Positions 51,624 through 62,637 of a stretch of DNA of 64,000 nucleotides are shown one piece after another. The notes beneath the pieces are model-generated. The model was not told the DNA's origin and ran no database searches. It worked only from the letters and a program-made list of their open reading frames with translations. Position 1 is the stretch's first letter, and each line of letters begins with the position of its first letter. Source of the DNA: Okamejei kenojei (lineage: Eukaryota); NCBI GenBank assembly GCA_035221665.1, contig CM069160.1, positions 15,190,001-15,254,000 of the forward strand, in the 5' to 3' direction. The position numbers and the translations under genes were made by a program.

Positions 51624-52214
51624 GTGAGTTGGCTTTCTGATTCTCAGTGGGGTCGCTCTTGGGAAGAGAGGGAGGTGGGGGTGATGAGGGACCCGCCTCA
51701 CCCAGTCCCGACGTAGTGCAGCCCATGGAGTGCAGCAGCAGCGCCTCGCCCGTGGCCCCGTCGGTCGGTCGGCAGCCCGGCCAGCTGTCCGACCTTTGGA
51801 CCTTCACTTATCGCTGACACCACCACCTTCTCACGGCCGATCGTCGGTTCGTGAGTTGGACGGGGCGCCGGACTTTGCGCGCAGCCAAAACTCCTCAGCT
51901 GGCCCGCCAGCTGGGCTTTGTGTGCAGTCCAGCACCCCGGCCAACTCATCATTCACCCACCCACGGCCGAGTCGGTCAACGGATTGCCGTCGGGAATTTG
52001 TCCCGTATTTTGACCTTTTGTCCCTTATTTGGGAGTGAGGATAGTTGGCGACCCACGGAGACAATAGACAATAGGTGCAGGAGTAGGCCATTTGGCCCTT
52101 AGAGCCAGCACCGCCATTCAATGTGATCACGGCTGATCATCCCCAATCAGTACCCCGTTCCTGCCTTCTTCCCATATCCCCTGACTCTGCTATCTTTAAG
52201 AGCCCTATCCTAGA

Positions 52215-55200
52215 GCCCTAAGGGGAGACTTTAAACTAGATCGGTTGGGAGGAGGGACTCAAATAGAGAAAGCAAGTGGACCGTGTGTGAGGCAGGAGGC
52301 AGAGAAGGGAAGCAGTCAGACGCAACATGTAGGGGGGAAAGAAGAAAAACATAATAAACAGAGAATAAGAGGTGGTGGGTTTCTTAACTGTGTGAGCAGA
52401 GAGACAGAGGGGTGTAAAATGAGGATAGAAGCAATAGGTAGCAAGGTGAAAAGTGGCAGGCATACAAATCCAGGGCAAAAATCAAAAAGGGCCACCTTTC
52501 AACATAAATGTAAAAGGGGCAAGAGCGTTGTAAAAACAAGCCTGAAGGCTTTGTGTCTCAATGCGAGGAGCATTCGTAATGAGGTGGATGAGTTGAATGT
52601 GCAGATAGCTATTAATGATTATGATATAGTTGGGACCACGGAGACATGGCTCCAGAGTGACCAAGGCTGGGAGCTGAACATCCAGGAATATTCAATATTC
52701 AGGATAGACAGAGAGGAAAAGGAGGTGGGGTAGCGTTGCTGGTTAGAGAGGATATTAACGCAATAGAAAGGAAGGACATTAGCTTGGAGGATGTGGAATC
52801 GATATGGGTGGAGCTGCGAAACACCAAGGGGCAGAAAATGCTAGTGGGTGTTGTGTACAGGCCACCTAACAGTAGTAGTGGAGTTGTGGATGGCATCAAA
52901 CAGGAAATTAGAAATGCGTGCAACAAAGGTAAAACCGTTATAATGGGTGACTTCAATCTACATATAGATTGGGTGAATCAAATTGGCAGGGGTGCTGAGG
53001 AAGAGGATTTCTTGGAATGTATGCGGGATAGTTTTTTAAACCAACATGTAGAGGAACCAACGAGAGAGCAGGCTATTCTAGACTGGGTATTGAGTAATGA
53101 GGAAGGGTTAGTTAGCAGCCTTGGGCAAGAGTGAACATAATATGGTTGAGTTCTTCATTAGGGTGGAGAGTGACATTGTTAATTCAGAAACACGGGTCCT
53201 GAACTTAAAGAAAGGTAACTTTGAGGGTATGAGACATGAATTGGCCAAGATAGACTGGCAATTGATTCTTGAAGGGTTGACGGTGGATATGCAATGGAAG
53301 GCATTTAAAGACTGCATGGATGAACTACAACAATTGTTCATCCCAGTATGGCAAAAGAATAAATCAGGGAAGGTAATGCATCCGTGGATAACAAGGGAAA
53401 TCAGGGATAGTATCAAAGCAAAAGATGAAGCGTACAAATTAGCCAGAAAAAGCAGCCTACCAGAGGACTGGGAGAAATTCAGAGACCAGCAGAGGAGGAC
53501 AAAGGGCTTAATTAGGAAAGGGAAAATGGATTATGAAAGAAAACTGGCAGGAAACATAAAAACTGACTGCAAAACCTTCTATAGATATGTGAAGCGAAAA
53601 AGATTAGTTAAAACACATGTAGGTCCCTTGCAGTCAGAAACAGGTGAGTTGATCATGGGGAACAAGGACATGGCAGACCAATTGAATAACTACATTGGTT
53701 CTGTCTTCACTAAGGAAGACATAAATAATTTGCCGGAAATAGCAGGGGATCGCGGGTCAAATGAGATGGAGGAACTGAGTGAAATCCAGGTTAGCTGGAA
53801 AGTGGTGTTAGGTAAATTGAATGGATTAAAGGCCGATAAATCCCCAGGACCAGATAGGCTGGATCCCAGGGTACTTAAGGAAGTAGCCCCAGAAATAGTG
53901 GATGCCTTAGTGATAATTTTTCAAAACTCTTTAGATTCTGGAGTAGTTCCTGAGGATTGGAAGGTAGCTAATATAACCCCACTTTTTAAAAAGGGAGGAA
54001 GAGAGAAAACGGGGAATTACAGACCAGTTAGTCTAACATCGGTAGTGGGGAAACTGCTAGTCAGTTATTAAAGATGGGATAGCAGCGCATTTGGAAAGTG
54101 GTGAAATAATTGGACAAAGTCAGCATGGATTTACGAAAGGTAAATCATGTCTGACGAATCTTATTGAATTTTTTGAGGATGTAACTAGTAGAGTGGATAA
54201 GGGAGAAGCAGTGGATGTGTTATATCTGGACTTTCAGAAGGCTTTCGACAAAGTCCCACACAAGAGATTAGTATACAAACTTAAAGCACACGGTATTGGC
54301 GGTTCAGTATTGATGTGGATAGAGAACTGGCTGGCAGACAAGAAGCAAAGAATAGGAGTGAACGGGTCTTTTTCAGGATGGCAGGCAGTGACTAGTGGGG
54401 TGCCGCAAGGCTCAGTGCTGGGACCCCAGCTATTTACAATATATATTAATGATTTGGATAAGGGAATTAACTGCAACATCTCGAAGTTTGCGGATGACAC
54501 GAAGCTGGGGGGCAGTGTTAGCTGTGAGGAGGATGCTAGGAGGCTGCAAGGTGATTTGGATAGACTGGGTGAGTGGGCAAATGCATGGCAGATGCAGTAT
54601 AATGTGGATAAATGTGAAGTTATCCGCTTTGGCGGCAAAAGCAGGAAAGTAGACTATTATTTGAATGATGACCGATTAGGAAAAGGGGAGATGCAACGAG
54701 ACCTGGGTGTCATGGTACACCAGTCATTGAAAGTAGGCATGCAGGTGCTGTGAAGAAAGCTAATAGTATGTTGGCATTCATAGCAAAAGGATTTGAGTAC
54801 AAGAGCAGGGAGGTTCTACTGCAGTTGTACAGGGTCTTGGTGAGGCCACACCTGGAGTATTATGTACAGTTTTGGTCTCCTAATGTGAGGAAAGACATTC
54901 TTGCCATAGAGGGAGTACAGAGAAGGTTCACCAGACTGATTCCTGGGATGGCAGGTCCTCCATATGAAGAAAGACTGGATAGACTCGGCTTGTACTCACT
55001 GGAATTTAGAAGATTGAGGGGGGATCTCATAGAGACTTACAAAATTCTTAAGGGGTTGGACAGGCTAGATGCAGGAAGATTGTTCCCGATGTTGGGGAAG
55101 TCCAGGACAAGGGGTCACAGTTTAAGGATAAGGGGGAAGTCTTTTAGGACCGAGATGAGAAAATCATTTTTCACACCGAGAGTGGTGAATCTGTGGAATT

Positions 55201-55320
55201 CTCTGCCACAGAAGGTAGCTCTTTTGGCTAAAGGGATCAGGGGGTATGGAGAGAAGGAAGGTACAGGATACTGAGTTGGATGATCAGCCATGATCATATT
55301 GAATGGCAGTGCAGGCTCGA
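52215..55320 (+). mobile_element. CR1 LINE with near-complete ORF2 (few frameshifts) in the leader-V intron
   Basis: ORFs 52245-55274: LNARSI, TETWL, YRPP, GDFN, KSPGPD, QHGF, PQGSVLGP, FADD; same subfamily as 33503-37679. Confidence 0.92.
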
Positions 55321-56235
55321 ATTTATCTGCAGTTAGAGAAGTCAATGTTCATACCACTGGGGTGTAAACTACCCAAGCAAAATATGAGGTGCTGTTCCTC
55401 AAATTTGCGCTGGGCCTCACTGACAATGGAGGAGGCCCAGGACAGAAAGGTAGGATTGGGAATGGGAGGGGAAGTTGAAGTGCTGAGCCACTGGGAGATC
55501 AGATAGGTTAAGACGGACTGAGTGGAGGTATTCAGCGAAACGATCGCCGAAGTAGAGAACTTTACACCCCAGCGGTATGAACATTGACTTCTCTAACTTC
55601 AGATAGGCCTTGCTTTCCCTCTCTCTCCACCACCTTCCCCCTCCCAGTTCTCCCACTAGTCTTACTGTTTCCGACTACATTCTATCTTTGTCCCGCCCCC
55701 TCCCCCGACATCAGTCTGAAGAAGGGTCTTGACCCGATATGTCGCCCATTCCTTCTCTCCAGAGATTCTGCCTCACCCGCTGTGATACTCCAGCATTTTG
55801 TGTCTACCTTGGACAGGTACATGGACAGGTTCCTGTCTTCTCCCCATATTCCCTGACTCCGCTATCTTTAAGAGCCCGATCTAGCTCTCTCTTGAAAGCC
55901 AGTCAGCATCTCTTGAGAACATAAACAGGCGAGGTTTCGGGTCGTGCCCGTGAGGGTCCATGTAACCAGCGGGTCCCAAGTACCAAGTATGGGCCAAGTG
56001 GGACTAGTGGAAATGCGACATGTTGGTTGTGGACAAGTTGGGCGAGGGGGGGGGGGCTGTTTCCACGCTGTGCCACTGTGACTGTACACAAATGGACTCA
56101 AAGTGCTGGAGTAGCTCAGCAGGCCAGTCAGCATCTCTGGAGAACATGGACAGGCGAGGTCTCAGGTCGGGCCCGTGAGGGACCGTGTAACCAGCGGGTC
56201 CCAAGTACCAAGTAGACTTTGCTTGCCGCCCCCAG

Positions 56236-56574
56236 GTGTTGTCGCTGAGAAGATCGCAGTCATTCAGGACCCGTCCCCCATTGCGGCCACTGAAGGTGAC
56301 ACGGTGATTCTCCCGTGTAGTCACAATGCCACGGATCAAGTATGGGCCAACCATTGGTTCAAGGGAGCCACAAACGGGATGTATGTTTCCAATTATACCA
56401 GAGAATACAGAGGTCGTGTCTTCAGATTCAAAGTGCCGGATGCACCAACTACAGACATGGACGCTTCTATACAATTGAATAACGTGCAGATTAACGATTC
56501 CGGTCTGTATGTCTGTCAGGTGAAAACTCTGTGGAGCGAGGCATATGGGACAGGGACGTATCTCACGGTGAACG
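56236..56574 (+). CDS. Ig V-set exon with germline-joined J-like strand, NKp30/NCR3-like
   Basis: cccag|GT; VILPCSHN..NHWFKG..YRGRV..ASIQLNNVQINDSGLYVCQV..YGTGTYLTVN G|gtaagt; open, 339 nt, phase 1-1. Confidence 0.88.
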
Positions 56575-56654
56575 GTAAGTGATCACTCCGCTATCTCCAG
56601 TGAATCAGACCCACAGCCCCCGAAAGAAGTTCATCAAAACTGGACAACATTGGA

Positions 56655-56900
56655 AGAGTGAGTGAGTGTGACTGAGAGAGTGAGTGTGAGTGAGTGAGTG
56701 TTTGTGAGTGAATGAGCGAGTGAGTGGGTGAGTGTTAGTGAGTGGGTGAGTGTTAGTGAGAGAGTGAGTGAGTGAATGAGTGAGTGAGTGTGTGAATGGG
56801 TGAGTGAGTGAATGTGGGTGAGAGAGTGAATGAGTGAGTGGGTGTTAGTGAGTGTGAGTGAGTGAATGCATGAATGAATGGATGAGTGATTGAATGAATG
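56655..56900. repeat. (GAGT)n/(GAAT)n microsatellite
   Basis: Direct. Confidence 0.9.
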
Positions 56901-57193
56901 AAACGTTATTGTCAAATGCCCTAACTAACTAGATTTCCATGCTGTACCTTTCAATCAATCAAATCGAGTGAGAGAATTATGTCACTGATCCATAAAACTG
57001 GGTTATATAAAAACAATGCATTTCTTCAGGCAACCACATCCAAACAAAGAGTGTAGAAAAGAAATGCAGATGCTGGTTTACACCGAAGATAGACACAAAA
57101 AGCTGGAGTAACTCAACGGGTCAGGCAGCGTCTATGGAGAGAAGCAATTGGCGACATTTCGAGTCAAGACCCTCCTTGAAACTGACCTTCAGA

Positions 57194-57221
57194 CTGAAGA
57201 AGGGTCTCGGCCCGAAACGTC
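57194..57221 (+). ncRNA. Minimal hammerhead ribozyme motif (Penelope-derived)
   Basis: CUGAAGA-A-GGGUC-UC-GGCCC-GAAAC-GUC: intact core boxes, 5-bp stem II, self-complementary ACGU stem III. Confidence 0.6.
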
Positions 57222-57762
57222 ACCACTTCCTTCTCTCCATAGATGCTGCCTGACCTGCTGAGACTTCTCTAATATCAGATAGCCCTTGCTTTCTCTCTCC
57301 ATCTTCTCCCCCTTCCCAGTTCTCACACTAGTCTTATGTCTCCTACTGTTTGTGAGTGAGTGAGATACTCCAGCATTTTGTGTCTACCTTGGACACATAC
57401 ATGGGCATGATAGGTTTGGAGGGATATGAATCAGTTGGGACTAGTGTAGATGCACCATGTTGGTCGGTGTGGGCAAGTTGGGCTGGGGGGGGACGTTTTT
57501 CCCATGTCCCTAGTGTGTGTAGGATAGTGTTAGTGTGCGGGGATCGCTGGTCTGTGTGGGCCGAAGGGCCTGTCTTTGTGCTGTTCCTCTAAACTAAACT
57601 ACACCAAGCTAAACTAAACTAAACTAAATCTGAAGAAGGGTCTCAACCAGAAACGTCACCTATTCCTTCACTCCATACAATGATAAACGGTTCAGATCTG
57701 CCAGCAAGTAGCTGTGTGCTGGATTAACCTAAAGGGGCCGAATGGCCTGTTGCTGTTGGCAG

Positions 57763-57897
57763 GTTCTGAGCAGCGCTCCACAGGGATGATAAAAAGTGCC
57801 ACCATTCGCTTGCTGATCCTGGCATTGTTGGTCGTGTTGGAAGGCTGCATCGTTCTAGTCATCATCCACCTCGTCAGGCAATCCCGCAGAGACAAAT
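57763..57897 (+). CDS. Stalk/transmembrane exon of the NKp30-like receptor
   Basis: ggcag|GT..SEQRSTGMIKSATIRLLILALLVVLEGCIVLVIIHLVRQSRRDK T|gtaagg; 135 nt, phase 1-1. Confidence 0.8.
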
Positions 57898-58012
57898 GTA
57901 AGGAGTATTTAACTCTGACCAGTCGAACTGGGTGGGTCAGTGTGTCACACACTATCCATCCCCCCTCTGGGACTGGATGGGACAGTGTGTCACACACTAT
58001 GGTTTCTGTAAC

Positions 58013-58465
58013 TAGAGGATGTGAGCTGTAAGGAGAGGTTGAGCAGGCTGGGACTCTATTCCTTGGAGTGCAGGAGGATGAGGGGTGATCTTATAGAGGT
58101 GTATAAAATCATGAGAGGAATAGATCGGGTAGATGCACAGAGTCTCTTGCCCAGAGTAGGGGAATCGAGTACCAGAGGACACGGGTTCAAGGTGGAGGAA
58201 AAACGGTTTAACAGGAATCTGAGGGGTAGCTTTTTCACACAGAGGGTGGTGGGTGTATGGAACAAGCTGCCAGAGGAGGTAGTTGAGGCTGGGACTATAG
58301 CAACATTTAAGAAACAGTTAGACAGGTACATGGATAGGACAGGTTTGGAGGGATATGGACCAAGCGCAGGCAGGTGGGACCAGTGTAGCTGGGACATGTT
58401 GGCCGGTCTGGGCAAGGTGAGCCAAAGGGCCTGTTTCCACATTGTATCACTCTATGACTCTAATA
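58013..58465 (+). mobile_element. CR1 3' fragment
   Basis: ERLSRLGLYSLECRRMRGDLIEVYKI..FFTQRVVGVWNKLP read on plus; CTATGACT tail. Confidence 0.85.
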
Positions 58466-59399
58466 TGATTCTAATTAAGATTTTTTGTTTTCTCTAGAAT
58501 GCCAGAAATTGAGGGGAGACCTTATGGGGCATAGAACAGAGAAGAATTTAGCACATGAATGGGCCCTTAGTTCGGCCCACAATCTTTGTGACAAGTATGA
58601 TGCCTGGTTAAACTGGTTTCATCTGCCTGTTCCTTGTGTCTCTAATAGTATATTTTCTCTTTTTATCTCCATTCTTTCACAGGTACTATTCAGGATCAAA
58701 GGTGGGTGGTTGCTACACACTTTAACATTCAGTGTAACATTCCCTCTTCTCCCCTCTCCCATCAGGCAAGAGGTACAGAAGTGTGAACACGTACACCTCC
58801 AGATTCAGGGACCGTTTCTTCCCAGATGCTCAGGCAACTGAATCATCCTACCACAACCAGAGAGCAGTGCTGAACTCCTATCTACCCCATTGGCAACACT
58901 CGGACAAGCCTTGAGCGGACTTTGCTGGCTTTACTTTGCACTGAACTCCACTCCATTACCATGTATCTGTATACTGTACATGGGTTGATTGTAATCATGT
59001 ATTGCCTTTCTGCTGACTGGTTAGCAGGCGGCAAAAAGCTTTTCACTGTACCTCGGTACATGTGACAATAAACTGAACTGAACTAAACTAAGAGATGAGT
59101 ATAATTGTTGTGTAAAAGGGCACATGCAAAGATAATTGTTCTCTCTTTGACACCAGCTGCTGGAGTAACCCAACGGGTCAGGCAGCATCTAAGGAGAAAA
59201 GGAATAGGTGACATTTAGGGATGCGATCCATCTTTGACCCAAAACGTCACCCATTCCTTTTCTCCGGAGATACTGGCTGGCCCGCTGAGTTACTCCAGCA
59301 TTTGGTGTCTGTCTTCAGTGTAAACCGGATATCTAATGTGCCAAGCAACCCGTTGGATTGCCTTGGAATTTGTGGACATATTGGTTACTGCTGACCAGA

Positions 59400-62310
59400 T
59401 CATTACGTGAAGAACCGCCAGCCCGCATGCACGTCAATCTTCAAAGCAGCGGTGTGAAATCACAGATAACAGTTGTTGACCTGAATATAGTAAGATTGGA
59501 GAGAATTTTAGAACTACCAGATGACCTTTATGAAACGAGGGTTGGGAGCAGTGGGCTCGTAATCGCTCCTCTTAACTCCTCATAAAATAAAGATCAAACT
59601 TCAAACTGGTAAGTTCTTGTTTAATCTTACTATTCTTACCACTAATGGAATGATCTGGTCAGCAGTAACCAAAATGTCCACAAAATCCAAGGCAAAGACT
59701 AACGCCATGAGCATAAACACTTTGTAAGTGAGTTTGACCAGGGATAGAGATGTAGCTGGGCCCTACTGGCGAAACAGTTTAAGAACAATGTTAACATCCC
59801 ACATCTCCAAGTACCTGGGCCTGAGAGAATTATGTTAAAGATATCCTTATAAATCTGGATATCAGAGTGAGACCCGACAGAGTGTGTCCTGATCGCTGCA
59901 GCAACTATGATGCGAAAGCACGTTAGCACAATTAATGGTACTATAACTTAATTGATTGTCAAAGACCCATCTGAAATGAACTCCGAGACGTTAGTTATCT
60001 GTGCCGTATTATATGGAACATTGGTATTAAAACCAAAACACTTTCCATCTCCTGATGAGGAAAAATGTGCTGCTTTCTCGGTGCTATCCCTGCATTCTGC
60101 AGTGAGCACGTACATGGATCGGTCTAGCAACCCGTGTCGCCAAATGGTCTTCTCAGAGGCTCCAAGTCTATAAATTGATTTTATCATGCAGAGGATGGTT
60201 TCCTCAGTCACGGGGTGAACCACCAAATTTTTGAGTTTAGGACAACCATATAAGGTCCTATAATCATCCCCAACATTTAGCAGGAACCATGGCTGCATAG
60301 GCCAATCAGGCAGTACGAAATGCCTGAGGCGAGATCTGGCTGTTTTTTTTTGTGCAAGACCTGACCGATGAGGCAAAATGGAGGAAAGACATAAAGAACA
60401 TTCCTCCTCAGTGTAGCGAGAATACATCTATTGCCACTGTGCCACATATTTTTGCAATGGTGATAGAGCCTGGATGCAAACATTGATATTCGGTGTTCCA
60501 TCAAGCCACAATGCCATTAAATACGTTATGATGCAACATCCATACTGTGTTGTCATAGATTCTTACATGATGATACACCAGCGTCAAATGCCCCCACCAT
60601 GGCGTATCAAGTTGGAGTTGAGAATCCCATCCGCCTCCGTAACTAGAGATGGTATTCGTAATTTTTCATCTTTGAGTACTAGTATCAGTTTGTAATATAA
60701 CTGAAGAGTTACTGAGCAAAAGTACAGGAGCAATATAGAATACACCATTGTGACTTTGATAGCTTCAGCTGGTAATAGGAATAGGGCTGTTAATAACGAC
60801 CCACATGGCACTGAAAATGCAAAGGTCCAAATGTACAGCTGAAAACACAGCCACTGTATTGCCAATACTCTTGATGAATAGAGGCTGCTTCATAACAACA
60901 AGGTTGTTACAGGCTTTTACAAGTGTTTCCAAGTTGTAAATGGACAACATACCCCATGTTTCGGAAAGAACCAGACCCACCTACCTTCATGGTTACCAGT
61001 GGTCTTATGGTAAGCCCAAAGGCCCCTCATGCGGGTTCTATTTCCTTCCTTGATTGGAGAGGACTGGTAGGGTATGTGAATTCCATATTTTTCCTGAGAC
61101 CGGCTTGGGCCTTGGCCTAAAGTCCTCTGCGCAGCTTGCTGGCTGCCACCAGCTTCAGTGAACCGCTTGCTGCCGATGGAGGTGTGGGGTGTATTGTCGC
61201 CGAAACGATGAGGCTGTACTTGTAGTGCGACAGCTTTAGCTCCCTTATGCAGGTCTCACCTGTTGAATAGGTTTTACCTGAATAGCAAACCTGGGGTACC
61301 ATTCCCCTCCAACGTCACCCCTGATAGTGCTGTTCACTGCCGGCACTTTCAGGAACTCCAGTATGTGCCACGGACATACTTCCGAGTTTGGAGTCAGTTA
61401 CACACTGACCCCGACTGCCCTCCTGCTCATAGAGGGAGACAGTGTGCAGCCCTGTACACCGGTGCTGTTTCCGCAGGCCCCGTGGAGACCTGCGCTGATG
61501 TGGCCCCTCCACGGACCTTATCCTTCTTGCCTCGTGGTATGCTCCCGGCAATACCTCCGAACTCCGAGTCAGACAGAACTGACCCCGACTGCTCCCCTCT
61601 TCAGAGAAGGAGACAGTGTGCAGCCCTGTACACAGGTGCTGTTGCCGTGGGCCCCGCAGAGACCCGCGGTGATATAACTCCCTCCTTGGAGCATATCATT
61701 ATGGAGCACCTCTCCATTAGGTGCTCCGTGTGGATTTGAAGTCCAAAGAACGTTGCCCATTGAAAGAGGGGATCCTCTCCATCTGGAATCCTCCTGGCCC
61801 GAATCGTTTGAGTCAACGGGCCGTATCGACTTTCCCCGTGGCTGCCCTCCAAGCGGGTTTGCCAAGGTGCTGTCGGCACCAGTCTGAAGCCGCTAGCTCG
61901 ACCGCCAGCGGCTCAGAAAGCAAAGTTGACCGCCGCCGCTACCCGCACTTCCGCGGTCTCCGTAGCGGGTTCCCTGCGGTCCGTAGCCGGGATTCTCTGA
62001 GGTCATGACTGGGATTCTCTGAAGTCATGACTGGGATTCCACACAGTCCGTGACTGGGACGCGGTCCATAAAGGTTTCCCCACGGCCCGTCCCAACTTCG
62101 CCCCGAAATCCAGCAGGAAACTCTGTAAGAAGAGATTCCTGCAATGGAAACCTAACCTGAAAAGTTTAAAAACTTACCTTCAGGTTTAAACTTACCGCTG
62201 GCAGGAGCAGCGCACCTGCCAGTCAGCATTGCGCCATGCGTCGACGTATTGACGCGCATGCGGGCTGGCGGGTTCATCACGGAATCACTCATGTGACTCC
62301 AAAATGAAAT
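59400..62310 (-). mobile_element. DIRS retrotransposon 3, heavily deleted and degenerate
   Basis: Termini shared with DIRS 1 and 2 (CATAAAATAAAGATCAAACTTCAAACTGGTAAG; GGAATCACTCATGTGACTCC); FASRL, YVFPPF, PDWPMQPWF. Confidence 0.8.
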
Positions 62311-62324
62311 TTGCTTTCATTCGT

Positions 62325-62635
62325 TCATAAGTTGCAAAAAGTTGTAAACACTGCCCAGACCATCATCGGTTCTGACCTCCCCACCATCGAGGGGATCTAT
62401 CGCAGTCGCTGCCTCAAAAAGGCTGGCAGCATCGTCAAGGACCCACACCATCCTGGCCACTCACTCATCTCCCCGCTGCCTTCAGGTAGAAGGTACAGGA
62501 GCCTGAAATCTGCAACATCCAGGTTCAGGAACAGCTGCTTCCCCACAGCCATCAGGCTATTAAACTTAACTCAAAAAAAACCTCTGAATTATAATTGCCT
62601 AATGCAGGTTATCTGCTTATTTACGTGTGTATATA
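62325..62635 (+). mobile_element. Rex1-type LINE 3' fragment
   Basis: LQKVVNTAQTIIG..KDPHHPGH..LPSGRRYRSL..FPTAIRLLN. Confidence 0.8.
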
Positions 62636-62637
62636 TA

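Noticed and set aside
56236-56620. Rearranging Ig/TCR V segment
   Set aside because: J-like strand and splice donor are in the same exon, no CACAGTG heptamer/nonamer follows, and a TM exon comes next without a C domain
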